Part shown: piece after piece, positions 39,831-48,877 of the stretch
Layout: the number at the start of each line of letters is the position of its first letter
Numbering within the stretch: position 1 is the stretch's first letter
Assembly: GCA_017521295.1 (NCBI GenBank)
Contig: JAFXDF010000036.1
Location: 1,275-65,274 of the forward strand
Reading direction: 5' to 3'
From: Clostridia bacterium
GTDB taxonomy: Bacteria; Bacillota; Clostridia; Oscillospirales; Butyricicoccaceae
DNA length: 64,000 nt
Program-made: the position numbers and the translations under genes
The notes under the pieces: model-generated
Databases searched by the model: none
Seen by the model: the letters and a program-made list of their open reading frames with translations, nothing else
Told to the model about the DNA's origin: nothing

Positions 39831-40673
39831 ATGAGTTATCCCGATTATTTATATCATTATACCAGTATCGAGACTTTGGCTTTAATTCTGAACAATCGGA
39901 CAATCTGTTTTAATAACCTGCTTTATGTTGACGATATGGAGGAAGCGGAAACCAACGATCTCGGTTTGTTTGGTAAATACGTGAATATAAGTTGTTGGAC
40001 GGAGACCGATGAGGAATCGATAGCATTATGGAATATGTATACTCCAGATATGCATGGTGTGAGGATCAAGATGCCCGTTTTTCCGTTTAAGAAATATCAT
40101 TACAAAACGGGTCAGTTCCATTTTAAAGAGGATGTTGATACTTATATTAACCAGGAAAAACTGTATACGGAGAACAAAGGCGCTATAATACCAAATCTAC
40201 CTATATTATTTTCTGTTGAGTATACCGATGACACGAGTTTATTGTTTCCTACGATCAGGACGAGCAATTCGCCTGATTCGGTACAACAATTTCTTGAGGC
40301 AAAGAGTTTAGCCGACATACCTAAGCCTATAAATATCTCATATTCTCTACGTGAGTTAGGGAGGTATAAGCGATCGGTCTGGTCTTTCCAAAAAGAGTGG
40401 AGATATCTGGTTTTTTCATCTCCGATGGGGTTGCGCGACTGCGAACCTTTCTCTTTAGAGAAACAACAAGAGATTATAAGAAGATTGGAAAACCGTGAAC
40501 AGAAGGCCCCCTATGAGAGATTTTTCCTCGAAATAGATAATGAGGCATTTATGAAAATGGAAATCCTGTTAGGGCCTAAAATGACAGAAGCTGAAAAGAT
40601 TTTGGTTGTTGCATTGCTTGAAAAACATGGACTTGGGGATCGCTGGAAAGAAAGTGCATTGCGTATTAGATAG
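39831..40673 (+). CDS. DUF2971-family protein
   Basis: 280 aa with N-terminal YLYHYTSIETLALILNN...VDDMEE motif. AAAGGAG RBS. Confidence 0.6.
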   Translation: MSYPDYLYHYTSIETLALILNNRTICFNNLLYVDDMEEAETNDLGLFGKYVNISCWTETDEESIALWNMYTPDMHGVRIKMPVFPFKKYHYKTGQFHFKEDVDTYINQEKLYTENKGAIIPNLPILFSVEYTDDTSLLFPTIRTSNSPDSVQQFLEAKSLADIPKPINISYSLRELGRYKRSVWSFQKEWRYLVFSSPMGLRDCEPFSLEKQQEIIRRLENREQKAPYERFFLEIDNEAFMKMEILLGPKMTEAEKILVVALLEKHGLGDRWKESALRIR

Positions 40674-40707
40674 TAAAAATACTATCTAAACACAGAACAT
40701 TTCCTTG

Positions 40708-40774
40708 AAATATGCAATTCGTCCCCCACAGACGACGATTCGTCCCCGAAATGAATTTTCGGGGACTTTTTATG
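40708..40774 (+). repeat. 67-bp perfect direct repeat, copy A (tandem ATTCGTCCCC motifs plus terminator hairpin)
   Basis: Identical to 42829-42895. ATTCGTCCCC occurs at 40717 and 40738 (21-bp phasing). Hairpin GTCCCCGAAA-TGAAT-TTTCGGGGAC plus T5 at 40742-40771. Confidence 0.9.
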
Positions 40775-40986
40775 CTAAGATATAACAATTAAAATCCAAA
40801 TGAAAACAGCGTTTGTGATATCAGTGGCTACGTAGCAAATGAAACATTTTCAGCAATTAAAAATGACTTAAGGTTGCATCATCGTGTGTTTGGTGGGCTG
40901 CGGTAGAAGAGTAAAGTGAATCACTGGACAAATGTTTTACGAGCAGGTATGATCAAACTACCCACATAGCAGAAAGATGGATTTCC

Positions 40987-41649
40987 TTGATAAAAGCTGT
41001 GATTTTTGATGCGTATGGTACCTTGATCTCCACCGGCACTGGATCGCTGGATGCGACACAAAAGATATTGAATCTGTACAAATCGTCCATTCCTGCAAAA
41101 ACATTCTATGGGGACTGGAAAAAATACCATCGGAAACATATCGATGGGTTGTCGCGTTTTGTACCGGAAGAAATGATTTTCCTGTGGGATTTGGAGGAAC
41201 TATACGAACAATATGGGCTACCGGGAAACGCGGCCGAGGATGTGCAGATCATGCTGGACACCCTGGGCAATCGCACTGCATTTCAAGAAAGCAAAGCGGT
41301 GGTGGAACAGCTGAAGCGTTTGGTCACCGTATGCATTGGCTCTACCACCGACACAGAACCGTTTATGCGGGATCTGACCCGGAGCGGCATCGTGGTGGAT
41401 CATATCTTTACTTCAGAGGAGCTACAGGCATACAAGCCACAAAAAGCCTTTTACGAAAAGATCCTTGCAGCTCTGTCCCTGCCACCGGAGGAAGTCCTTT
41501 TTGTGGGAGATTCCCTGACTGACGATGTCTATGGTCCCCGGCAGGTGGGAATGAAAACCTGCTGGGTAAACCGCAAAAAGGAAATTGCCCCGATACCGCC
41601 GCCGGATTATGAGGTGTCCAATCTGACCGAGTTGCTGACTGTTTTATAG
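40987..41649 (+). CDS. HAD-superfamily hydrolase (haloacid dehalogenase type II-like)
   Basis: 220 aa with a TTG start. Motif I is FDAYGTL and motif IV is VGDSLTDD. Confidence 0.75.
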   Translation: MIKAVIFDAYGTLISTGTGSLDATQKILNLYKSSIPAKTFYGDWKKYHRKHIDGLSRFVPEEMIFLWDLEELYEQYGLPGNAAEDVQIMLDTLGNRTAFQESKAVVEQLKRLVTVCIGSTTDTEPFMRDLTRSGIVVDHIFTSEELQAYKPQKAFYEKILAALSLPPEEVLFVGDSLTDDVYGPRQVGMKTCWVNRKKEIAPIPPPDYEVSNLTELLTVL

Positions 41650-41676
41650 GATCATCGAAAGTTGGAGGATTGAAAT

Positions 41677-42168
41677 ATGAGCACCCGCATCGAAAAGACC
41701 AACTATTATCTGGATATTGCAGAAGTTGTAGCTGCCCGTTGCACCTGCTTACGGAGGCATTACGGTGCAGTTATCGTAAAGAATGACGAAATTATTTCCA
41801 CTGGCTATGTGGGTGCGCCCCGAGGCCGAGCCAACTGCATCGACCTGGGTTTCTGCCGTCGGGAGAAGCTGGGCATTGCCCGAGGTGAGCGGTACGAGCT
41901 GTGTCGCAGCGTTCATGCAGAGGCCAACGCCATCATCAGCGCTTCCCGCCGAGATATGATGGATAGTACGCTGTATCTGGTTGGTAAGGAAGCCGGTACT
42001 GGCGAGTATGTGAAGGATGCCAACAGTTGTGCTATGTGCAAGCGAATGATCATCAATGCAGGCATCAGCCGGGTGGTTATCCGTGATGATAAGGAAAACT
42101 GGCGTGAAATTACCGTTTCTGATTGGGTCGAGAATGATGACTCCATGACTGATGTGATGGGTTATTGA
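41677..42168 (+). CDS. dCMP deaminase (ComEB/cytidine-deoxycytidylate deaminase family)
   Basis: 163 aa with zinc motifs HAEANAI and CAMCKRMI. Confidence 0.85.
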   Translation: MSTRIEKTNYYLDIAEVVAARCTCLRRHYGAVIVKNDEIISTGYVGAPRGRANCIDLGFCRREKLGIARGERYELCRSVHAEANAIISASRRDMMDSTLYLVGKEAGTGEYVKDANSCAMCKRMIINAGISRVVIRDDKENWREITVSDWVENDDSMTDVMGY

Positions 42169-42191
42169 ACTTGATATAAAGAGGAAAGCGT

Positions 42192-42794
42192 ATGAAGAAA
42201 TCGTACATAAAGATAATAGTCAGCATCATCGTTTTCACATTGATTGTAGTTTTATTAGTGCCTGATTTCTGGGCAAAGCATCGTGCTTCCCGGTATCTGG
42301 AAGAAAAATATGGTGATGCCATAGTAGTGGAGAATGTAGAGTTTGATAAGGTGCAAGCCAATCTTTTTCACCAGGAGTATTCGGTCAGGGCATACTATGA
42401 AGGCGTGAATTTTAGAGTCAGCAACGGTTCTGACACCTATACAGAAAAGTATCATGAGTGGTGGTATGGTGAACTGCTTTTTGTCAATGGTATGGAAAGC
42501 TTGATCAAAGGTGCATCTGTCACTATAATGGATCATCTTACTGGCACCGCCGTATTGGATAAAACAGATCTATTATTCTATATGGATGTGGAATTCCGAG
42601 ATACCTTCCCTTCGGAAGAGGCATTTGCAGATGGCGTTCAGAAGGTTTTAGAACACTTGGATTTCGTAAATCTTTCGAAATGTGATACGCTGATCGCTTA
42701 TGGATTTATTGATGGACAGCATGTATGCTGCAATGTTTCACCCATGCAATCTCCAGATAGGTCGGAAATCCTCATGAACATTAAGCCTTTTTGA
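42192..42794 (+). CDS. hypothetical membrane-anchored protein
   Basis: 200 aa with a single N-terminal TM helix. No recognisable motif. Confidence 0.5.
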   Translation: MKKSYIKIIVSIIVFTLIVVLLVPDFWAKHRASRYLEEKYGDAIVVENVEFDKVQANLFHQEYSVRAYYEGVNFRVSNGSDTYTEKYHEWWYGELLFVNGMESLIKGASVTIMDHLTGTAVLDKTDLLFYMDVEFRDTFPSEEAFADGVQKVLEHLDFVNLSKCDTLIAYGFIDGQHVCCNVSPMQSPDRSEILMNIKPF

Positions 42795-42828
42795 TGTTTC
42801 AAAGAGTTTGTCTGCGAAAGTGTACAGC

Positions 42829-42895
42829 AAATATGCAATTCGTCCCCCACAGACGACGATTCGTCCCCGAAATGAATTTTCGGGGACTTTTTATG
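42829..42895 (+). repeat. 67-bp perfect direct repeat, copy B
   Basis: Identical to 40708-40774. Ends 29 nt before the NUDIX start codon. Confidence 0.9.
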
Positions 42896-42923
42896 TTAGG
42901 ATAGGCATGAGGTGAGAGAACAT

Positions 42924-43373
42924 ATGAGAGCACCATTTCAAATCCTTGCAATACCATATCGAATCATAGATGGAATGTCACAGTACTGTGTGTTTCGGCG
43001 CTCTGATTCCGGACAGTGGCAATTTATCGCCGGAGGCGGTGAAGACAACGAAACGCTTCTGAATGCCGCCAAACGAGAGACTTTTGAAGAAGCCGGCGTG
43101 CAGTCCGGCAAATGGATACCACTGACCAGCCTGTGCTATCTGCCTGTCACGGTTGTTGCTGAAAAGCATCGTCAGCACTGGAACAAGGACACGCTTGTGA
43201 TCCCCGAATATGCCTATGCATTCGAGTGCACAGACGAGGTGATACTGTCCAATGAGCATACTGAATATGCTTGGCTGCCCTATGAGGAGGCCATGCAAAA
43301 GCTGCAGTGGGATTCCAACCGCACGGCACTGTACGAACTGAATTGTCGCTTGGAGGTTAACCATGTCCGATAA
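42924..43373 (+). CDS. NUDIX hydrolase
   Basis: Start at MRAPFQ (GAGGTGAG RBS). Nudix box GGGEDNETLLNAAKRETFEEAGV. Confidence 0.75.
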   Translation: MRAPFQILAIPYRIIDGMSQYCVFRRSDSGQWQFIAGGGEDNETLLNAAKRETFEEAGVQSGKWIPLTSLCYLPVTVVAEKHRQHWNKDTLVIPEYAYAFECTDEVILSNEHTEYAWLPYEEAMQKLQWDSNRTALYELNCRLEVNHVR

Positions 43374-45189
43374 GAAAACCAAACCGAAATACAATATGTG
43401 GCAAAACACCGGCTACATGGTAAACCTGGCATGGAAAAATCAAAAGCAGGTCATCTTTATCAATGTGGTGATTGCCCTGCTGGCGGTGGCACTGAGCCTT
43501 GCAGAGTTATATTTGCCGCCGGTGATTTTGCAACAGGTGGAGCGCGCCGCCTCCCTAAAAACACTGGCGACCACCATTTTACTGTTCACAGCAGGACTGG
43601 CAGCTATCTCTGGTCTGCAGTACTATTTCTGCATGGTTGTTGATAACGCGAATTATGGTATGCGTAAGCAGGTTTTGCAGTTGGTGCAGAAAAAGATGCT
43701 TTCCATGTCTTTTCCGCTGACCGAGAATCCCCGTATCCTTGCACTGCAGGCCAAAGCCTATGAATATTGCGACTCCAGACACCGGATGCCGCAGGCGCTT
43801 TGGGGGGCGCTGGGCAGATTGATTCATCATACACTTGCTTTTTTGATCTATCTGTTTCTGCTGACCAATCTGCATCCTGTTCTTGTGGTGGTGGTCATTG
43901 TCACCACCGTCATTTCCTACGCTGTGACCAATCATCTGAACAAGTGGGAGTACCAGCACGTACAGGAAGAAAATGCGCTGGAAAAGCAGGTGGCCTATCT
44001 CAAATGGAATGCCGCCGACCGGAAAATCGGCAAAGATGTGCGTGTGTTTGGCATGGGTCCCTGGCTGAAAGCGGTATACGCCTCCTCTCTGCGGCTGTAT
44101 GATGCCTTCATCGCCCGTCGTGAGCGCACCTATCTTATTGGCAATGTGGTGGATCTGCTGTTGACGCTGGCACGCAACGGCATTGCCTATTGGTATCTGA
44201 TCTCCATGACCCTGCGGGAAGGTTTGCCCGCATCCCAGTTCCTGCTGTACTTTACAGCCATCAGCGGATTTGCCACGTGGGTGGCCGGCATTCTGGAAGA
44301 TTTGTCCACCGTGCAGAAGTTCAGTCTGGAGGTCGACAATATCAGAGCGCTGCTGGAGTGGCCGGAGCCTTTCCTGTTTGAAGAAGGCAAGCCCTTGCCG
44401 GTGCAGAAAGACGGCAAGTACACGCTGGAACTGAAAAACGTGACCTTCCGCTATCCCGGTGCGGAAAAAGATACGCTGACCCGCGTGAATCTGACCATTC
44501 CTGCCGGAGAAAAGCTGGCAATTGTCGGCCTTAATGGTGCCGGTAAAACCACATTGGTCAAGCTGCTGTGCGGCTTTTATGACCCCACTGAAGGTGCTGT
44601 TCTTCTCAACGGGCAGGACATCCGCCAGTTCAACCGGCGGGACTACTACGAACACTTTTCTGCCGTGTTTCAGCAATACTCTTTGCTGGATGTGACGGTA
44701 GCCGAAAATGTGGCGCAGTCCACAGGCAACATCGACATGCCTCTTGTGAAAGCTTGCGTAGAAAAGGCCGGTCTGACCGACAAAATCCAGTCGCTGCCCA
44801 ATGGCTTTGATACCATTCTGGGGCGCAACATTTATGATGAAGGTGTAGAATTGTCCGGTGGTGAGACCCAACGGCTCATGCTGGCCCGAGCCCTCTATAA
44901 AAACGCGCCTATCATCGTTTTGGACGAGCCTACCGCGGCGCTCGACCCCATTGCCGAACACGATATGTATCTGAAGTACGATCAGATGACGGTTGGTCGC
45001 TCGGCGGTGTACATCTCCCACCGCCTTGCTTCCACCCGGTTCTGCGACCGTATTATTTTCTTAAAGGATGGCGTAATTGCCGAAGAAGGCACCCATGACG
45101 GCCTGCTGGCTGCAAATGGCGGCTATGCCCAGCTGTTTGCCATCCAGAGCAAGTATTATCAGGAGGGAGGCGAGCCTGATGGAGAATAA
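43363..45189 (+). CDS. ABC exporter, fused permease/ATP-binding subunit
   Basis: 608 aa. TMD followed by Walker A GLNGAGKTT, signature LSGGE and Walker B IIVLDEP. Confidence 0.85.
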   Translation: MSDKKTKPKYNMWQNTGYMVNLAWKNQKQVIFINVVIALLAVALSLAELYLPPVILQQVERAASLKTLATTILLFTAGLAAISGLQYYFCMVVDNANYGMRKQVLQLVQKKMLSMSFPLTENPRILALQAKAYEYCDSRHRMPQALWGALGRLIHHTLAFLIYLFLLTNLHPVLVVVVIVTTVISYAVTNHLNKWEYQHVQEENALEKQVAYLKWNAADRKIGKDVRVFGMGPWLKAVYASSLRLYDAFIARRERTYLIGNVVDLLLTLARNGIAYWYLISMTLREGLPASQFLLYFTAISGFATWVAGILEDLSTVQKFSLEVDNIRALLEWPEPFLFEEGKPLPVQKDGKYTLELKNVTFRYPGAEKDTLTRVNLTIPAGEKLAIVGLNGAGKTTLVKLLCGFYDPTEGAVLLNGQDIRQFNRRDYYEHFSAVFQQYSLLDVTVAENVAQSTGNIDMPLVKACVEKAGLTDKIQSLPNGFDTILGRNIYDEGVELSGGETQRLMLARALYKNAPIIVLDEPTAALDPIAEHDMYLKYDQMTVGRSAVYISHRLASTRFCDRIIFLKDGVIAEEGTHDGLLAANGGYAQLFAIQSKYYQEGGEPDGE

Positions 45190-47050
45190 GAAGGCATCCT
45201 GGGGCGACGCTTTTCGCCTGAACTGGCGGGCTGCGCGGATCTGGTTTTCTCAGTACCCCAATATGTTTTATTCCGCCGCCGCCGATTACGGGCTGAAGAC
45301 CATTCTGCCCTATGTGACCATCTGGTTTTCGGCACAGATCATCGACGAATTTACCGGAAACCGTGATCCTCAAAGGCTCTTGAAGCTGGTAGTGCTGACA
45401 CTGATCGTCACCACCGTTATGGCGCTCCTGCAGGCAGCAGCGCACCGGTGGTTTGTGTCCCAGCGCTATACCCGAAACGGCCGTGCCAACAAAATGTACG
45501 CCGACAAGCTACTGGATATGGATTATTCGGTGATGGATCGGCAGGAGACCTATGACTTGCTGACCCGCGTTCGCAACAGTGGCAGCTGGGGTGCGTGGGG
45601 CTTGGTCAACATCAACGGCAGCTTTGAAATGCTGATGGAGGCCGTCCCCGGTATTCTGGGCGCGGTGGTGCTGTCGGTGAGTATGTTTACCGCTAAGGTG
45701 CCAACCCACGGTAACTGGCTGGATCATCTGGGAAATCCGCTGGTGGTGCTGGGTGTAGCTGTTCTACTGGTTGCACTGACCGCACTTTCTGCCCATTTGA
45801 CCAACCACGCAAACCACATCATGTCCATTCAGGACAGGAACTTTGCGCTGGGCAACCGTACCTTTAACTTCTTTGGCTGGACGATCATCAGTGACCGCAG
45901 CCGTGCGCTGGACTTCCGCGCCTATCGGCAGGACAAAATTTGTGCTGACTATCTGGCAGGTAATGACGGATACAGCTGGAACTCGATTTCCGGCAAAAAG
46001 GCCCGAGGTGTTTGCGGCATCATGTGGGGAACTGCCCGCGTGGTGGACAAACTGTTCATTGGTGTGATTTATGGCTATGTATGTTTGAAAGCTTGGGCAG
46101 GTGCTTTTGGCATCGGTTCGGTCACCCAGTATATTGCTGCCATTACCGCCTTGTCCCGCAGCGTCAGCCTGCTTCTGGAGCTGCTGGGCCGTTTGCGGAA
46201 CAACGTTTCCTATCTGGAGACTACCTTTGAGTTTTTCGACTTGCCCCATGAGATGTATCAGGGCAGCCTTACCACCGAAAAGCGCTCTGACCGGCAGTAT
46301 CAGGTGGAGTTCCGGGATGTTTCCTTCAAGTATCCCGGCTCTGACCAGTGGGCGCTGCGCCATGTGAACATGAAGTTCGAGGTAGGCCGCCGTCTGGCGG
46401 TAGTGGGCCAGAACGGTTCGGGCAAGACCACCTTCATCAAGCTGCTGTGCCGTCTGTATGACCCCACCGAGGGCCAGATCCTGCTCAACGGTATCGACAT
46501 CCGCAAGTATAATTATCAGGATTATCTGGCTATCTTCTCGGTGGTGTTTCAGGACTTTCAGCTGCTTGCTTTCCCGTTGGGACAGAACGTGGCAGCGGCA
46601 AAGGACTACGATCCCGTCCGTGCCGAGGACTGCCTGCGCAAAGCAGGCTTCGGTGACCGGCTGGACAGCCTGCCCGATGGACTGGAGACCTGCCTGTACC
46701 GGGAGTTCGACCAGAAAGGCGTGGAGATCTCCGGCGGTGAAGCGCAGAAGATCGCCATCGCCCGGGCGCTCTATCCCGATGCACCTTTCATCATTCTGGA
46801 TGAACCCACGGCGGCATTGGACCCCATTGCCGAAGCCGAGATCTACAGCAAGTTTGATGAGATTGCCGGGGACAAGACCGCCATTTATATCTCCCACCGC
46901 CTGTCCTCCTGCCGCTTCTGCGATGATATTCTGGTCTTTGATCAGGGGCGTGTCATCCAGCAGGGCAGCCATGAAGAACTGGTAGCCGACGAATCCGGCA
47001 AATACCACGCCCTCTGGCACGCCCAAGCGCAGTATTATACCAAGGGGTGA
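45179..47050 (+). CDS. ABC exporter, fused permease/ATP-binding subunit (partner of the preceding gene)
   Basis: Start at MENKKASW, overlapping the upstream stop. Walker A GQNGSGKTT, ISGGEAQK, and IILDEP. Confidence 0.85.
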   Translation: MENKKASWGDAFRLNWRAARIWFSQYPNMFYSAAADYGLKTILPYVTIWFSAQIIDEFTGNRDPQRLLKLVVLTLIVTTVMALLQAAAHRWFVSQRYTRNGRANKMYADKLLDMDYSVMDRQETYDLLTRVRNSGSWGAWGLVNINGSFEMLMEAVPGILGAVVLSVSMFTAKVPTHGNWLDHLGNPLVVLGVAVLLVALTALSAHLTNHANHIMSIQDRNFALGNRTFNFFGWTIISDRSRALDFRAYRQDKICADYLAGNDGYSWNSISGKKARGVCGIMWGTARVVDKLFIGVIYGYVCLKAWAGAFGIGSVTQYIAAITALSRSVSLLLELLGRLRNNVSYLETTFEFFDLPHEMYQGSLTTEKRSDRQYQVEFRDVSFKYPGSDQWALRHVNMKFEVGRRLAVVGQNGSGKTTFIKLLCRLYDPTEGQILLNGIDIRKYNYQDYLAIFSVVFQDFQLLAFPLGQNVAAAKDYDPVRAEDCLRKAGFGDRLDSLPDGLETCLYREFDQKGVEISGGEAQKIAIARALYPDAPFIILDEPTAALDPIAEAEIYSKFDEIAGDKTAIYISHRLSSCRFCDDILVFDQGRVIQQGSHEELVADESGKYHALWHAQAQYYTKG

Positions 47051-47055
47051 GATCA

Positions 47056-47145
47056 GTGAACAGAAAGGCAATTCTGCTATTCACGGGACTGATAGTTGCG
47101 TTGGTAGGGTTATGTATATTGATCGCAAGGGTGTTACCATTTTGA
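47056..47145 (+). CDS. candidate 29-aa hydrophobic micropeptide (MNRKAILLFTGLIVALVGLCILIARVLPF)
   Basis: GTG start 6-8 nt after AAGGGGTGA, immediately after the ABC gene stop. Forms a single TM-like helix. Confidence 0.25.
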   Translation: MNRKAILLFTGLIVALVGLCILIARVLPF

Positions 47146-47251
47146 TTTGCCTAGATACCTTGCAGTTGCTGTCTTGTGCCTATATAATAAGCATTAGAGT
47201 TATTGCCTGGAAGGACAGCAGTTAGCAACTTGTCGGATAGGAGAAACGATT

Positions 47252-47941
47252 ATGACATATACAGAAGTGCAAGCGATTGCTAAGAAAACTATGGAGTACA
47301 CTCGTAAGATCATCCGACCCGGAATGCACTTGACTGAGATACGCAAGTTGTGCGAGGATAAGCTGCGGGAGCTGGGTGCAGATTCGTTTTGGTACTGGGA
47401 TGTGGGCGCATTCGTCTTTGCTGGCTCTGAGACTACCATTTCAATCTCCGGTACGGAATATCAGACACCTGACCGCATCATTGGTATGAATGACATCATC
47501 ACCATCGATCTCAGTCCTCAGGTGAATAAGATCTGGGGTGATTATGCCAGGACTATCATTCTGGAAGATGGCTGCGTAGTAGATTCCACAGCAGACATTA
47601 TGAATCCGGAGTGGAAACGTGGGTTGGAAATGGAAGAGAGACTCCATGGAGAACTGTTCCGTTGCGCCCGACCAGATATGACCTTTGAAGAGTTGTATTT
47701 TCACATGAATGCGTTCATTGTTGAAAATGGATTTATCAATCTGGATTTTCTGGGTAATCTGGGCCACTCAATTGTCTACGAAAAGAAGGATCGAATTTAC
47801 ATCGAAAAGGGCAATCAACACAAGCTGGGGGACGTAGCCTACTTCACCTTTGAGCCGCATATCAGCGTGGCCGGGTCGAAATATGGCTACAAGAAAGAAG
47901 ACATTTACTTCTTCGAAAACGAGAAGTTGATTGTGCTATAA
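47252..47941 (+). CDS. M24-family metallopeptidase, catalytic (pita-bread) domain only
   Basis: 229 aa, Xaa-Pro aminopeptidase/creatinase-like. Candidate metal-ligand positions lie in IDLS, GHSI and FEPH. Confidence 0.65.
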   Translation: MTYTEVQAIAKKTMEYTRKIIRPGMHLTEIRKLCEDKLRELGADSFWYWDVGAFVFAGSETTISISGTEYQTPDRIIGMNDIITIDLSPQVNKIWGDYARTIILEDGCVVDSTADIMNPEWKRGLEMEERLHGELFRCARPDMTFEELYFHMNAFIVENGFINLDFLGNLGHSIVYEKKDRIYIEKGNQHKLGDVAYFTFEPHISVAGSKYGYKKEDIYFFENEKLIVL

Positions 47942-48203
47942 AACAAAGCCGCTGTCACAACTGACGGCGGCCTTTTCTGATATGTGGCAAAATTATTTGT
48001 AAATACACTGTAAATAACGTATTTGTCAAGCTAAATGGTGTATGAAAATGCAAAATTATTCTTGTGCGTTTTGTGGATTGATTGCTCCTGAAATACAAGA
48101 TATAGTGGTAATTAGAAGGAAACATATACCATCTGCGATGCGTTTTAAACCATGCAGCATGATGTTTCTTCCGAATTCACTACATTGATATCTGGAGGAA
48201 TAC

Positions 48204-48857
48204 ATGAAAGGTTTTGTCAGAAAGTACAAGCGCGAAGTAATCGTGGGAGTTGTTGTATCTCTTATCACGGCTGCAATTATCAAACTGGGGGATTGGATCA
48301 TTACGGTGACTCCTGCGTTTGGACAGACGCTTGTCAGCACAATACAAAATATTATTTATATGACGGCAGCTGCACAGACGGCAACGACTGTCGATAGACT
48401 TCTTTTTGGAAGCTTATCAGGATTATTTATGGGTAGTTTTCTGGCATTGATCGGCATGGGATTCAAAGAATGGTTTCGTGCATTAAAACTTGAGCGTATG
48501 ATAAATAAACGTTCTACAGCAACAGGGCATCGTGAACGAAAGCCAGAGAAGCCAGCAAGCAAAGAAAGTGAATCAGCGGTAAAAAACTTGATAGCAGAAG
48601 CAAAGCGCCTTGGTTATAAGGCTATTGGGCTAACTGCTTTGCTGGTAGTTATTTACCTGTTTTCCCAAATAACAATTGTGAAACCTGCACAGTTGTGGTC
48701 TATCTTCCAAAATGATATGACTATGATTGCGCCCTATGTAGATAGCCATGAGCTTCTACACTTGAAATCAGAATGGGTGTGCATGCAAAGCAAGGAAGAT
48801 TATGTGACGCTTTATCAGTATATCGATGGCGTCAAGCAAACGAATAACTTGCCATAA
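48204..48857 (+). CDS. hypothetical membrane protein
   Basis: 217 aa, 3-4 predicted TM helices, no recognisable motif. Confidence 0.5.
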   Translation: MKGFVRKYKREVIVGVVVSLITAAIIKLGDWIITVTPAFGQTLVSTIQNIIYMTAAAQTATTVDRLLFGSLSGLFMGSFLALIGMGFKEWFRALKLERMINKRSTATGHRERKPEKPASKESESAVKNLIAEAKRLGYKAIGLTALLVVIYLFSQITIVKPAQLWSIFQNDMTMIAPYVDSHELLHLKSEWVCMQSKEDYVTLYQYIDGVKQTNNLP

Positions 48858-48877
48858 AAAACAAAGGAGGTGCCTAT

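Noticed and set aside
41677-42168. dCMP deaminase as an AvcD-like or dCTP-deaminase defence effector
   Set aside because: At 163 aa it has only the minimal ComEB-type zinc deaminase fold. It lacks the N-terminal NTPase/kinase-like domain of the described defensive deaminases, and no associated small-RNA repeat is evident. It is kept only as part of a weaker cluster-level hypothesis.
40708-42895. The 67-bp repeats as a CRISPR array or integron attC sites
   Set aside because: There are only two copies, 2.1 kb apart, and they bracket ordinary genes. No cas or intI gene is present. The internal symmetry is a simple terminator hairpin, not an attC R''-L''/L'-R' structure.
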